DNA of 64,000 nt from an uncultured delta proteobacterium. Its GTDB lineage: Bacteria > Desulfobacterota > RBG-13-43-22. The first letter of the stretch is position 1, and every line of letters begins with the position of its first letter. A program made the translations under genes and the position numbers. Positions 47,648 to 58,496 of the stretch are shown piece by piece. The notes beneath the pieces are model-generated. The model saw only the letters and a list, made by a program, of their open reading frames with translations. It was not told where the DNA came from and did not search any database. The stretch lies in assembly GCA_963711835.1 (NCBI GenBank), contig CAVQFQ010000021.1, positions 224,001-288,000 on the forward strand, read 5' to 3'.

Positions 47648-48321
47648 GCCACCAATCTTCCGTTGGACATGGTGAGGTGTCTCGTCCCATAATCAATGAG
47701 GCCAGGGTGATGGGTCACTAATATGATAGTCGTCCCACCACGGTGAATTTCCTGGACAAAGGCCATTACTTCCTTTTCAGTGAGTTCGTCAAGATTGGCT
47801 GTGGGCTCATCAGCCAGAAGAACTGTGGGATTATTTATGATCGCTCGAGCAATAACCACCCTCTTTTCCTCCCCTGCAGAGAGGTGGCGCGGGAAGGCCT
47901 CCGCTCGCTGAGACAGTGTCACCGACGCCAACGCTTGCATGGCTCGCTTGTAAGCATCTTTCTGCTTTTCTTTGGGAGCAAACATTGTTGGCACCACAAC
48001 ATTGTCCAGAACATTCAGGGTCGGGATAAGACTCGGCACCTGAAATATGAAGCCCATTTTCTGGTTTCTTAGGGCGGAGATATCCCCATCTTTCATCGTC
48101 CAGATATCCGTGCCGTCAACAAACACCTGGCCCGAATCGGGTCTGGACAGACCCGCAATAATATTGAGCAGACTCGTCTTTCCACAACCCGACCGACCTG
48201 TAATCACCACGAACTCCCCGGGGTCAATCCTCAGATCGATCCCCTGAACGGCCGTCACTGTAACTTGATGACCCCGCTTGCCCCGGAAATACTTTTTGCT
48301 TACTTGCCTGAGCTCAATCAT
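47644..48321 (-). CDS. ABC ATP-binding protein (LolD/MacB-like)
   Basis: GRSGCGKT, LSAGEEKRVVIARA, LLADEPTANLD. Confidence 0.92.
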   Translation of the reverse strand: MIELRQVSKKYFRGKRGHQVTVTAVQGIDLRIDPGEFVVITGRSGCGKTSLLNIIAGLSRPDSGQVFVDGTDIWTMKDGDISALRNQKMGFIFQVPSLIPTLNVLDNVVVPTMFAPKEKQKDAYKRAMQALASVTLSQRAEAFPRHLSAGEEKRVVIARAIINNPTVLLADEPTANLDELTEKEVMAFVQEIHRGGTTIILVTHHPGLIDYGTRHLTMSNGRLVA

Positions 48322-48324
48322 TGC

Positions 48325-49512
48325 CTACACCTCCCTCATGGCCACTGCTGGATCGAGGCGGCTGGCTTTAATGGCAGGATAAAGAAGAGCGGGGAGGACC
48401 AGTAAAAGCGCCGCTACAAAACACCCGACCGTGAACAGCACCAGGCCGGGCAACGACGGGAATAAAATTTGAATTTCGAGAGCAGACATCAACCATGCCC
48501 TCATGCAGGAAAGAAAGAGCATGCTTAGGATGATCCCGGCGAGTCCGCCGCTACAGGCCAGAACAGCGCTTTCTGTCAGAAACAGTTGAAATATAAAATT
48601 GCGGCTTGCCCCAGTGGCGCGAAGCATGCCAATCTCCCGTCGGCGCTCGTTGACCAGCATAGAAAAGACAAAACCCGTGAGCACAACCGCCAGTGCCCAG
48701 ATGATGCCCAGGGCCACGAATAGGCTTTGGATGAGCCCGGCTCTCTGGGTTGACAAAATCGTCATCAATTGGGGAGCCCTAACCGGCCATATGCCAGGAG
48801 CCGTCAGCCACATCTTCACCGCTGTTTCGTTGATATCAATGCCCGGTTTCAGGTCAACCGTAATATTCGTGACGGCCTCTAGCGACACTTCACCGGAAAC
48901 TGCCCCTTTTGCTTTCATATCCCGAGCCGTGTCGAACGTGACAAAAATCGCCTGATCGTACCATATCCCTACAGGATCAAGTTTACCGACAAGTGTCAAT
49001 TTATAATCGTTCATTGAAACATGCCCAGAAGGCGAAATTTTATGGATGAAGGCTCCTCCGATCGCCTCTCCGATCTTCAGGGGCTCTTTCAATTTATCTT
49101 TCAGCCAGCAAAGGATCGTAAAATCGGTCTGAGGATCAAAAGCTATGACGACCTGCTTTTCAGCAGAAGAGTGAAGTGAACCGGGAATCGTAGCCAAGTG
49201 AAGCCGGGGGCTCGCCCGCTCCACTTCTTCCATTTCCAAGAGCCGACGAACATTGTCGGCGGGCATCGAGTCTGTCGAACCCAGCTTACCGGCTAACACC
49301 TCTTGCTGAGCTTGCTCCGTGATGTCATAAGGTATGACAATGATGTCTGCACCGAGTTTCTCCATGCCGCTTCGAAGGCTCTTTTCCACCCCCCTCAAGA
49401 TCACTGTGGTCGCTAACAGAAACCCGGTCAGAAAAAGAATAAAGAAGACAATGAGCAGGCTCGTGAATTGTCGCTCCTTCAGTCCTTGCAGCACCAGATA
49501 AAAAAGACTCAA
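48325..49512 (-). CDS. FtsX/MacB-like ABC permease (paralog 2)
   Basis: KLGADIIVIP, AFDPQTDF, NERRREIGMLRATGA, ASRLDPAVAMRE. Confidence 0.88.
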   Translation of the reverse strand: MSLFYLVLQGLKERQFTSLLIVFFILFLTGFLLATTVILRGVEKSLRSGMEKLGADIIVIPYDITEQAQQEVLAGKLGSTDSMPADNVRRLLEMEEVERASPRLHLATIPGSLHSSAEKQVVIAFDPQTDFTILCWLKDKLKEPLKIGEAIGGAFIHKISPSGHVSMNDYKLTLVGKLDPVGIWYDQAIFVTFDTARDMKAKGAVSGEVSLEAVTNITVDLKPGIDINETAVKMWLTAPGIWPVRAPQLMTILSTQRAGLIQSLFVALGIIWALAVVLTGFVFSMLVNERRREIGMLRATGASRNFIFQLFLTESAVLACSGGLAGIILSMLFLSCMRAWLMSALEIQILFPSLPGLVLFTVGCFVAALLLVLPALLYPAIKASRLDPAVAMREV

Positions 49513-49516
49513 CGGA

Positions 49517-50713
49517 TTACACCTCTCTCATGGCTACCGCCGGGTCGATCCGGCTTGCTCGTATCGCCGGATAAAGTAGAGCGGGCAAGGCCAGGACCAA
49601 GGCGATAACTAAACAAGCCAACATAAATCCTAAAATGGATAGGATAGGAGGTATCAAGAGCGGTACTTCGGCAGAGAGCCTCAAATACAACCGGAAAAGA
49701 TAGACAAAAAGAAGGGCAAAAGAGACCCCGATTAAACCTCCTCCCAATCCGAGGATGCTGCTCTCAGCGAGGAAGACTTTAAATATGAAATTGCGATCAG
49801 CTCCAAGGGCACGAAGCAGGCCAATCTCCCGTCGGCGTTCATTAACCATCAGCGAAAAAACAAAGCCACTGAGAACCACAGCGAGTACCCACACCACTGC
49901 CAGCCCCAAGAACAGCATCCGAAACAACCCTTGGGTCTGTTTGTGAATAGACCTTGATAACTCCAGGCTGGCAAAGGGATACGTTCCGGGGACCCTTTCC
50001 TTGATCCGCTGAGCTACCTCGTCGATGCTATAGTCCTCTTTGACTTTTACCTGCACCGCTGAAATCTTTCCTTCCGGAATGTTCATCGGCCTGGCAGCGG
50101 TAGTTACCGATTGTCTGGCAATCTCATGGGCCGTGTCAAGAGTGAGGAACATCGTCTTGTCAAGGCCCATGCCGGTAGGCTCGAGTTTGGTAGCCAGATT
50201 GACCTTAACGCCATATATCATGACTTTCCCCGTCTCCTCGGGAACAATGACCCAGTCTCCTCCGACCACATCCAACAGGCCAAGTTCTCTCACTTCCTTT
50301 CTCAGCCACGGCATGACAGTAAAGTCGGTCTTCGGGTCGAAAGCAATCATAAACATATCCCAGGCGCTACAGCAGGCGGCTCCCGTCAGGGTCTCAAGGT
50401 AAAGCTGGGGACTGACTTTGGCCACCCCTTCCACCTGAGCTATCCGGTCAACATTCTCCGCTGGCATCCATGCCCCTGACAGCGGCTTACCCAAAAGAAG
50501 AGCCGTCTGAGCTTCAATCTCATTGCCGGCTGGCACAACAACGATGTCAGCCCCAAGCCTTTTCGTGCCCACCTCAAGGCTATGCTTGATGCTTCTTGCC
50601 AGGAGTGTAGTAGCCATTAAAAAAGCGGCCAGAATCATAATGAAGCACACAATTAAACTGCTCCTATAGGCTCTGCCGCTAATGCTTTGGCCAACCAAGT
50701 ACCACAGGTTCAT
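49517..50713 (-). CDS. FtsX/MacB-like ABC permease (paralog 1, periplasmic CC motif)
   Basis: RLGADIVVVP, GAACCS, AFDPKTDF, NERRREIGLLRALGA. Confidence 0.88.
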   Translation of the reverse strand: MNLWYLVGQSISGRAYRSSLIVCFIMILAAFLMATTLLARSIKHSLEVGTKRLGADIVVVPAGNEIEAQTALLLGKPLSGAWMPAENVDRIAQVEGVAKVSPQLYLETLTGAACCSAWDMFMIAFDPKTDFTVMPWLRKEVRELGLLDVVGGDWVIVPEETGKVMIYGVKVNLATKLEPTGMGLDKTMFLTLDTAHEIARQSVTTAARPMNIPEGKISAVQVKVKEDYSIDEVAQRIKERVPGTYPFASLELSRSIHKQTQGLFRMLFLGLAVVWVLAVVLSGFVFSLMVNERRREIGLLRALGADRNFIFKVFLAESSILGLGGGLIGVSFALLFVYLFRLYLRLSAEVPLLIPPILSILGFMLACLVIALVLALPALLYPAIRASRIDPAVAMREV

Positions 50714-50759
50714 TTTATCAATGTCTCATGTTATAATCCAGTTGGATCCCCAAAACTAC

Positions 50760-51554
50760 TCAACCCAACCACCTCTTTCGCCGCTTATAGTGTTTGACAT
50801 CACGATAACTTTTCCGTTGTGAAAGGGCGCCAAACCCGAGGTAAAACTCCTTCACATCTTCGTTTTCCTTCAACTGCTCCCCAGTACCATTCAGGACGAT
50901 CCTGCCATTCTCCATCACGTAGCCGTACTCAGCCAGGTCGAGAGCAGCCGTAGCGTTCTGCTCGACAATGAGAATCGAGACCTTTTCTTCTTGATTAATG
51001 GTTCTGACGATGCCAAGGATTTCCTCTATCAGCCTGGGTGCCAGACCCAGAGATGGCTCATCTAACAGTATCAGTTTGGGGTGGGTCATTAAAGCTCGAC
51101 CGATGACTAACATCTGCTGCTCCCCACCGGAACAATAGCCACTGGTGTGGTGACGAAGGTCCTTAAGCTTTGGGAAATAGTAGTAGACTCGATCCAGTTC
51201 TTTTCTCAAGTCTAACCGGTGGCGGGCAATGTAGCCGGCGACAAGCAGCTCATCTTCAACCGTCAGATGCTCAAGGATCCTCCTGCCCTCCATAACCTGA
51301 ATAATCCCTATTTTGGCAATATCCTCTGGGTCAGAACGATCGATTCGTTGGCCATCGAAATGGATATCGCCCCGAGTGACTTTGCCCACCTCCGTTTTGA
51401 GTAGACAAGAAATGGCTTTCAAAGTTGTACTTTTCCCGGCACCATTAGCTCCCAATAAAGTTATGATCTTCCCTTCATCTACCTCGAACGACACTCCCCT
51501 CAACACCAAGATGACCCCATGATACGTGACTTCAATATTATTCACCCTTAGCAT
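50760..51554 (-). CDS. livF: Liv-type ABC ATP-binding protein
   Basis: GANGAGKST, SGGEQQML, LDEPSLGLAP, VEQNA. Confidence 0.88.
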   Translation of the reverse strand: MLRVNNIEVTYHGVILVLRGVSFEVDEGKIITLLGANGAGKSTTLKAISCLLKTEVGKVTRGDIHFDGQRIDRSDPEDIAKIGIIQVMEGRRILEHLTVEDELLVAGYIARHRLDLRKELDRVYYYFPKLKDLRHHTSGYCSGGEQQMLVIGRALMTHPKLILLDEPSLGLAPRLIEEILGIVRTINQEEKVSILIVEQNATAALDLAEYGYVMENGRIVLNGTGEQLKENEDVKEFYLGFGALSQRKSYRDVKHYKRRKRWLG

Positions 51555-51570
51555 TTTAATCCCTTTCCTC

Positions 51571-53469
51571 CTACTCAACCGAGTAGATCGTTAGCTCAGC
51601 GCTCACCTTCCCCTTCCTGCCATCATCGTAGGTGAACTCGGACGTGATGGGGATGGTCCGTTTCCCACTATACATAGCTTCAATGACCTCGCTGTAACGT
51701 TTCTCCATAGCCGTTCGTCGAAGCTTTCTCGTCCGGGTCAGGTCGGCCTCATCCGGATCAAACTCCTTATGGAGAAGGACGTACTTCCTTATTCTGGTTG
51801 CTGGATTCAATTGCTTATTTACTCTGTCGATGTCCTGCCGGACGAGCTGGCTAACTTCGGGTTTTTGTGACAGGTCGGTAAAGGTAGTATAGGTAAGATG
51901 GTTTCTTTCTGCCCAGCGCCCTATATTTTCATAATCCATATTAATAATCGTTGTTACAAATCCCCTTCCTTCCCCTATGGTGATGGAATCTTTTATATAA
52001 GGGCTAAAACGCAAACTGCTTTCAATCCACTGAGGGGCATATTTCTCCCCCGAACTCAACTGGGCCAGTTCGCTTACCCTGTCCATGTAAACCAGATGCC
52101 CCTGTTCATCGATCCTGCCTGCGTCACCACTGAGCCACCAGCCCTCTCGCACCGTTTTTTCATAAGCTTCTTGGTTTTTATGGTAGCCAGCAAAAAGGTA
52201 AGGGCTTTTGACGAGAATTTCTCCCTCTCCTGATATTTTGACCTCCACTCCAGGCAGAGGAGGTCCAATGGTTCTGGACTGTATGTTATCAGCCCTATGT
52301 CCGGAAATCATCCCGCCTTCAGTGCTACCATAGACCTGTCTCAATCTAACTCCGATTGAATTCATAAAGGCTATGGTATCCGTCCCAGTTACCGATCCAG
52401 CAGTAATAGCAAATCGGCATTTGGTCAATCCAAGTTTGTCCCGAATCGCCTGGAGGAGGATCAAATCTACAAACCAATGGAGAATGCGCTTCCACAGAGA
52501 GATCTTTTCTCCTTCTTCGATAGCCTTCCCCACCTTGAGCGCCATGGGCATCAGTGTTTTGTATACCAACCTCTCCAGGCCGCCAGCTTCCTCGATCTTG
52601 GCCCGGATCTTCGATACCCACCCTTCCCATTGTCGAGGTCCGCCCAGGATCATACTTGGAGTTATCTCATAGATGTCATGAAAAATCGTCTCCGGCTCTT
52701 CCAGGGTGTTGAGCTTCGCCCCAGTAATCAGGTGAGGGACAGTGGTGAAAAAAGCTTCACCAATCCAGGCAGGAGAGAGATAGCATAGAATGTCATCTTG
52801 GTCATTGAGTTCGAATAATGTCAGCGTCGCTTCCGCTGAACCGACCAAGGACTGATGGGTGATCATGGCACCCTTAGGAAGGCCGGTTGTCCCTGAGGTA
52901 TAGAAAATATTTGCAAACTCGTCGCCTTTCGCAGCATTTATATTCTCCTCGAAAGCCCCAGGGTGGCCCTCTTCATATTTCTTTCCCAGTTCCTTCACTT
53001 GCTCATAGCTCGTTATTAAGGACTGCTCGTATTTCCTCATTCCTTTCGAGTACCACCAAATGATTTTCTCCACCTTGGGCAACTTGTCATGGGCTGCCAA
53101 TATCTTGTCTACCTGCTCCTGGTCCCTGGCAATAATGAATTTGCTGTCAGAATGGCCGACAATATATTGAATCTCATCAGGAATAGCATCGGTAAATAGA
53201 GCTGCGGTTATTCCTCTTGCTGCCTGAATGGCAAAAGATGCCCAGTACCACTGGGGCTCATTATCCCCGATGATCGCTGCTCGTTCGCCAGGCTTGAGAC
53301 CGAGGCTGATCAGTCCCAAAGAGAAGTATTTGACGTTTTCGTAGACATCTTTCCAGGTATACTCATTCCAGATGCCGTAATCCTTATCCCGAAAAGCTAC
53401 TTTTGTGTCACCCCAACGTTCAAAATTGCGCTTCAATAACTTGGGAAGAGTGTCAAGCTGCATTTCCAT
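51571..53469 (-). CDS. Long-chain acyl-CoA synthetase-like AMP-binding protein embedded in the ABC operon
   Basis: FYTSGTTGLPKG, YGSTE, SGDAG, LTRTRKLRR. Confidence 0.9.
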   Translation of the reverse strand: MEMQLDTLPKLLKRNFERWGDTKVAFRDKDYGIWNEYTWKDVYENVKYFSLGLISLGLKPGERAAIIGDNEPQWYWASFAIQAARGITAALFTDAIPDEIQYIVGHSDSKFIIARDQEQVDKILAAHDKLPKVEKIIWWYSKGMRKYEQSLITSYEQVKELGKKYEEGHPGAFEENINAAKGDEFANIFYTSGTTGLPKGAMITHQSLVGSAEATLTLFELNDQDDILCYLSPAWIGEAFFTTVPHLITGAKLNTLEEPETIFHDIYEITPSMILGGPRQWEGWVSKIRAKIEEAGGLERLVYKTLMPMALKVGKAIEEGEKISLWKRILHWFVDLILLQAIRDKLGLTKCRFAITAGSVTGTDTIAFMNSIGVRLRQVYGSTEGGMISGHRADNIQSRTIGPPLPGVEVKISGEGEILVKSPYLFAGYHKNQEAYEKTVREGWWLSGDAGRIDEQGHLVYMDRVSELAQLSSGEKYAPQWIESSLRFSPYIKDSITIGEGRGFVTTIINMDYENIGRWAERNHLTYTTFTDLSQKPEVSQLVRQDIDRVNKQLNPATRIRKYVLLHKEFDPDEADLTRTRKLRRTAMEKRYSEVIEAMYSGKRTIPITSEFTYDDGRKGKVSAELTIYSVE

Positions 53470-53484
53470 TTTCCTGCTTCCTCC

Positions 53485-54261
53485 TCAAGAGGCTTTACCA
53501 AGGTAAGCTCGTATGACATCCTCATTCGTTCTGATTTCTTCCGGGGTTCCCTCGGCGATTTTGCGGCCGAAGTCCAACACCACCACCCTATCACATATGT
53601 CCATGACCAGTCCCATGTCATGCTCTACGATCGCGATGGTAATCCCCATCTCTTCAGAGATATCGAGGACAAACCTGGCTATGTCTTCCTTTTCATCCCG
53701 GTTCATCCCGGCCAACGGCTCATCTAAAAGAAGAAGTTTCGGCTCGGCAGCCAAGGCCCTTGCCAGGTCAACCCTTTTTCTCAAACCATAGGCGAGGGCC
53801 CCGACTCGATGCTTCCTGATAGATTCTATCTCAAAAAAATCAATGAACTTCTCAACGACTCTCCGATGCCTTATCTCCTCCCTCCGTGTCCGGCCGAAAT
53901 AGATGGCCTCACTCAGAATGCCCGTCTTAAATTTGAAATGCCTTCCAGCCATAATATTATCCAAGACACTGAGCCCATCGAAGAGCTGTAAGCCCTGAAA
54001 GGCCCTTCCGATACCTAACTCGGCTATGCGGTGAGATGATAGACTGGTGATCTCCCGGTCTTCAAAAAAGATGCCTCCCTGCTGAGGACGATAAAAGCCA
54101 TTGATACAGTTAAAGAAGCTGGTTTTGCCGGCACCATTAGGGCCTATCACGGCAAAGATCTCGCCCCGCTTTATATCAATATTGACATCCGTCAAAGCCT
54201 GAATTCCACCGAAACTCAGACCAATACCCTTGGCAGCTAACATCACATCATTTGCAGGCAT
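53485..54261 (-). CDS. livG: Liv-type ABC ATP-binding protein
   Basis: GPNGAGKTS, LLDEPLAG, VEHDM, VIRAYLG. Confidence 0.88.
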   Translation of the reverse strand: MPANDVMLAAKGIGLSFGGIQALTDVNIDIKRGEIFAVIGPNGAGKTSFFNCINGFYRPQQGGIFFEDREITSLSSHRIAELGIGRAFQGLQLFDGLSVLDNIMAGRHFKFKTGILSEAIYFGRTRREEIRHRRVVEKFIDFFEIESIRKHRVGALAYGLRKRVDLARALAAEPKLLLLDEPLAGMNRDEKEDIARFVLDISEEMGITIAIVEHDMGLVMDICDRVVVLDFGRKIAEGTPEEIRTNEDVIRAYLGKAS

Positions 54262-54350
54262 TTTTTCTCCCTGAAACTATTTCGACCCTCCTGGAAGGAC
54301 AGACGATTCACCAAAAGGGCCTTGGCTTGGCATAACGTTTTATTCCCTTT

Positions 54351-55628
54351 TCAATAGGCCTTTTTGGCTAAAGGAGGCTTTGAAGGCTCCTTGTAAGGCC
54401 CCTTCAGCTTATCTTGGATAAGCCCTGGCATCCTACGCCAGGGAGTCGCTGGAACCCACTGGCCATCTTTTATTTCAACCAGTCGCGCCATCATTGGCGT
54501 TCGGGACTCAAGAGTATAGTCGAACTTGACCAATCCGTGAAGATCATATTCTTTGCCCCAACTCTCCAACTGCCTCCTTAGCACCCTGGCATTGATACCA
54601 TCCCAACCAACCTTGGGCACCAACTGGTTCAATAGATCATAAAGGGTAAGTGCGTTCGCCCAACCCAAGAAATAGCTATTGAGAAGGTCCTTCTTGCGTC
54701 GCCCCTGTTCATTAGAAATTCTTGTCGCCATTTGAATGAACGGGTCTTTCGTTTCAGACCACAGTTTGTAGGGGGTTGTTCCCATGACCCCCTCAACGGC
54801 TTTTCCTCCAAGCATCGGCAGTGGCTCGTCGACCCCGAAATTGCTGGTTCCAAACTTCAAACCATAACCAAGCCTCTCATTTTCCTTAGCCAGTGGCACT
54901 AAGCTCTGCCACAGCAGCTGACCATAAATATAGTCGGCGCCCGCTTTCTTAGCTCGAGTCAGTGGGGTAGCCGCATCCACCAGGATAACAGGTATGAACT
55001 GCTTATCGACCACTTCTATTCCCTTTTTCTTAGCATATTCCAGGACTAAAGGTTGCAGACAGGCCCTGCCAAAAGGAGTGTCATAGGTCATAAACGCCAG
55101 CCTCGGGCCTCTACCCTGTTTTTTAAAGTCCCACCTCTCGGCAATCACGTCAGCAAAATTGGCAAACTGGTCCGCGTATAGCGGAATGGTAGCAAAGGCG
55201 TAGCCCGCCGGGTAGATTCCCGTCTCACTAACCCCACAGCTTGAGACCAAAACCTCATCTTCTGCATAACGGTCATGGAAGGCTTCATTCTCCTGAGATC
55301 CGCACACTGCCAAAAATATGAAGTTCTTCCTGGTGCGCCACCTCTCGTAGATTGTAGCCCCAACCGAAAGGTCATTCGTGTGATCAGCCCATTCCACCCT
55401 CAATTTCCTGCCCTGAACTCCACCCTTTTCCTTGTTAATCCAGTAGATAGCGTCCTGAATCCCCAGAAGGCGGGGAACATTTACAAAACCGTAGACACGG
55501 CTCATGTCGGCCCAAAAATACATAGTGAAAAACTCATCTTTTGCAGCCGCAGGCTTAGATCCTAAGGCCGGAAAGACTGATAAAGAGATGGCCATCAGAG
55601 CAAACAACACTAACCCGATTTTTCTCAT
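54351..55628 (-). CDS. Liv-type ABC substrate-binding protein
   Basis: Signal peptide; WINKEKGGVQGRKL, DTPFGR; position within the operon. Confidence 0.85.
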   Translation of the reverse strand: MRKIGLVLFALMAISLSVFPALGSKPAAAKDEFFTMYFWADMSRVYGFVNVPRLLGIQDAIYWINKEKGGVQGRKLRVEWADHTNDLSVGATIYERWRTRKNFIFLAVCGSQENEAFHDRYAEDEVLVSSCGVSETGIYPAGYAFATIPLYADQFANFADVIAERWDFKKQGRGPRLAFMTYDTPFGRACLQPLVLEYAKKKGIEVVDKQFIPVILVDAATPLTRAKKAGADYIYGQLLWQSLVPLAKENERLGYGLKFGTSNFGVDEPLPMLGGKAVEGVMGTTPYKLWSETKDPFIQMATRISNEQGRRKKDLLNSYFLGWANALTLYDLLNQLVPKVGWDGINARVLRRQLESWGKEYDLHGLVKFDYTLESRTPMMARLVEIKDGQWVPATPWRRMPGLIQDKLKGPYKEPSKPPLAKKAY

Positions 55629-55744
55629 CGTTTTTCTCCTTTCTGTCTTGGTATTACCTTTATATTCCTCGGCATTTTATGCCGCCTTTTTCGCAATATT
55701 TTCACATCGTTTCTCGCTGGTAAGAAACCGTTACCCTATTCACC

Positions 55745-56809
55745 TTAAAGCGCATACTTGAAAGGCCAATGTCTAAACCGGGATTTGAGCACCTCCCAAG
55801 TGTGAGCCAAACCTCTGGGCTCGAAAATAAGAAAAAGAATAACCACCAGGGCCCAACTAATAATCCCCAACGCTGGGCCGATCTTGGGTGCATCAATAGG
55901 TGATACCAATTCACCCAAGATCGGGGTTACCATAACTACAATTTCCTTTATTGTTCTCAAAAATAGAACGCCGAAAACGGCTCCAACTACGGTTCCCATG
56001 CCACCGACAATCAGGCATCCAAGATACCAGATCGATACCTCAAGATGAAAGTGGAGTGGGTTGACGCTCCGGAAGAAAGTGGCCCACAAAGAACCGGCAA
56101 TACCAGCATAGAAACAGCCGATAGCGAAACCATAGAGTTTGTATTTCGCTACGTTGATACCTATGACCTCGCTGGCCAGGTCGTTGTCTCTCAGGGCAAC
56201 AAAGGCTCGCCCCAATCGGCAACGAACGAGATTTTTCGCAAAAAACGTCATAAGCACCGTTATCACGATGACGACATAGTAGAACGCTTCGTTATTTCTG
56301 AAGTCAATACCCGCCAACTCGGGACGATTAACCCTTATGCCACCCACGGCGTGGAAATAATCGGGAAAGGCATGGTTAAAGAAGGCGATGATGATGAACT
56401 GTGCCGCAAGAGTGGTTATCGCGAGATAGAGCATCTTGAGTCGAAAAGAAGGAAGGCCAAAGAGCACGCCGACTGCGGCAGCGGCAATGCCCGCGAGAGG
56501 CACGGTTGCCCAGAAGCTCCAATGGAAGGAATCCATCAGCACGGCTGTGGTGTAGGCACCCACAGCCACGAAGGCCTGGTGCCCCAGAGAAATCTGACCG
56601 GCATATCCAGTAAGGATGTTGAGCCCAAGAACAGCAATCAAAGCTATCCCGGTCAGGATCATGAAACTCAAAAAGTAAGAGCCGGCGAATAGCGGCAGCA
56701 CAGCCAAAAGAATCATAAAACCTATCAGGGTTCCCCACTGAGGGGCAGTCCGGACAATCGCTAAGTCCAGTTCATACCGAACATCGAAAACACCAGCTGG
56801 TCGTTCCAT
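55745..56809 (-). CDS. livM: Liv-type ABC permease
   Basis: GLNILTGYAGQISLGH, GRAFVALRDN, IVGGMG, FEPRGL. Confidence 0.88.
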   Translation of the reverse strand: MERPAGVFDVRYELDLAIVRTAPQWGTLIGFMILLAVLPLFAGSYFLSFMILTGIALIAVLGLNILTGYAGQISLGHQAFVAVGAYTTAVLMDSFHWSFWATVPLAGIAAAAVGVLFGLPSFRLKMLYLAITTLAAQFIIIAFFNHAFPDYFHAVGGIRVNRPELAGIDFRNNEAFYYVVIVITVLMTFFAKNLVRCRLGRAFVALRDNDLASEVIGINVAKYKLYGFAIGCFYAGIAGSLWATFFRSVNPLHFHLEVSIWYLGCLIVGGMGTVVGAVFGVLFLRTIKEIVVMVTPILGELVSPIDAPKIGPALGIISWALVVILFLIFEPRGLAHTWEVLKSRFRHWPFKYAL

Positions 56810-56815
56810 TTTTCT

Positions 56816-57682
56816 CTACAGCCTTTCTATCCGCACCAAGCCGAAGAGACCGTACGGCTTGATGACCAAGATGAGAAGCAAGACAATATAGGGTATGACA
56901 TCAGCCAGAGCCGGGTTAAGGTAACCGGTCACCAAGGATTGGAGCACGCCCAATATCATGCCGCCAACGATAGCTCCCGCAATGGCGTCAATACCTCCCA
57001 GAAGCACCACAGCGATTGCCCCGAGCAATGACGTGTACATGAGATAGTGAACACCGCTGACCACGCCCAAGAGAAGCCCAGCTATGACACTTAACAATCC
57101 GGCGAGTACCCAGCTAAGGCTGAAAACGCCCTTCACTGGCAGTCCCAGGCTCTGAGCAACCTGATGGTCCTCCGCCGTAGCCCTCATCACCCTGCCCATG
57201 AGGGTCCGCCAGTAGAAGAAACTAAAGGCGGCAAAGGCCGCTACTGCTACTCCGATGCCCCATAGAAGGATGTGGCTTATCACCACTCCACCCAATTTGA
57301 TAGATTGACCGGGTAACTTCACCGGCAGGTCATAGCCAGTATTTCCCCACGTTAAAATGTTTATCCCCTCGATCACATGAGCTAACATGATGGTCAGCAT
57401 CAAAGCAGCAATGAGGGGTTGCCCAATCAACGGGCGCATGAACAGTCTCTCAATCACCATACCAAGAAGAACTCCAAAGGCAAGCCCAGCTATCACTCCA
57501 ACCACCACTCCGAATTTGCCGATAAGAGTCACCAGCATAAATGCCCCAAGCGTCACCATCCATCCCTGAGCGAAGTTAAATACTCTCGTGGACTTGTAAA
57601 TGATAACGATCCCCAGAGCAATCAGCGTATACATACCGCCGATAAACAGGCCTCCGACCATGAACTGCAGAAATATAGCCAT
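56816..57682 (-). CDS. livH: Liv-type ABC permease
   Basis: VFNFAQG, GRVMRATAED, VLLGG, KPYGLFG. Confidence 0.88.
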   Translation of the reverse strand: MAIFLQFMVGGLFIGGMYTLIALGIVIIYKSTRVFNFAQGWMVTLGAFMLVTLIGKFGVVVGVIAGLAFGVLLGMVIERLFMRPLIGQPLIAALMLTIMLAHVIEGINILTWGNTGYDLPVKLPGQSIKLGGVVISHILLWGIGVAVAAFAAFSFFYWRTLMGRVMRATAEDHQVAQSLGLPVKGVFSLSWVLAGLLSVIAGLLLGVVSGVHYLMYTSLLGAIAVVLLGGIDAIAGAIVGGMILGVLQSLVTGYLNPALADVIPYIVLLLILVIKPYGLFGLVRIERL

Positions 57683-57712
57683 GTTGAGTTCCTTACTCAG
57701 TCTTATTCGGTC

Positions 57713-58393
57713 TTATTCCGTCACATCAATTTTCCAGCTTTTGACCTGACTGCACTGGACTTTTATGTAATACTCACCAGGTCCTTTAAGGGACATTGTT
57801 CCCGTTCCAGCACCCACCATGGACATATAAATATAGTTTTCCGTTTCCCCCCTGGGATAAACCGCAATACTCTGCCCACCTCCCTCCCACATCAAGGCCG
57901 TTACGGGTTCCATCGTATAGGTCATTTTGAACTCTTCATTCCGAATTTTGAAAGGTTGTGTGGTCATATCTGCACTTCCGGCAAATGAAGCTGGTGAATT
58001 CAGCGGCTTGCTGACTCCTGCTCGGACAACCTGCACCTGCCAATTAGCAATGTTCCGGGCTATAACCTTGATATAGTACCGACCCTTCCCCTCATAAAGA
58101 TAGGTGTTGCCACTGGCATCAAAGCGGGGGGTCTTCACCATTTCGATCCAGTTGACTTTATCTCCCTCCGGATACACATGTAGGACAAAATTGGGCACTT
58201 TCTTCTCTTCGGCTTTATATTCCCAGTTGATCTGCCATTCCTTGGTGTTAATTTCAAAGGGCTCACCGGTAAAGTCTTTAGAACCACTGAACTTTAGCCC
58301 CTCCAAGGGTGGAGGTGCCGGTCCCATTGTGGCACAACCGAAAGCTCCCAGTAGAAACAATAACCCGCATCCAATCAAAAAAATCTTTCTCAT
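57713..58393 (-). CDS. Lipoprotein with two repeated beta-rich domains
   Basis: Lipobox AFGC; duplication FSGSKDFTGEPFEI..VYPEGD..GRYYIKV..NWQV / FAGSADMTTQPFKI..VYPRGE..GEYYIKV..SWKI. Confidence 0.75.
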   Translation of the reverse strand: MRKIFLIGCGLLFLLGAFGCATMGPAPPPLEGLKFSGSKDFTGEPFEINTKEWQINWEYKAEEKKVPNFVLHVYPEGDKVNWIEMVKTPRFDASGNTYLYEGKGRYYIKVIARNIANWQVQVVRAGVSKPLNSPASFAGSADMTTQPFKIRNEEFKMTYTMEPVTALMWEGGGQSIAVYPRGETENYIYMSMVGAGTGTMSLKGPGEYYIKVQCSQVKSWKIDVTE

Positions 58394-58496
58394 TGTAGCC
58401 CCTCCTTTATCATTTTTCTTTTTGGGTACCCAGCGTAACAACTTTTGGACATAGCACACGGTTGCGGCTGAGCCAGTATTTATTAATGATCTCGGG

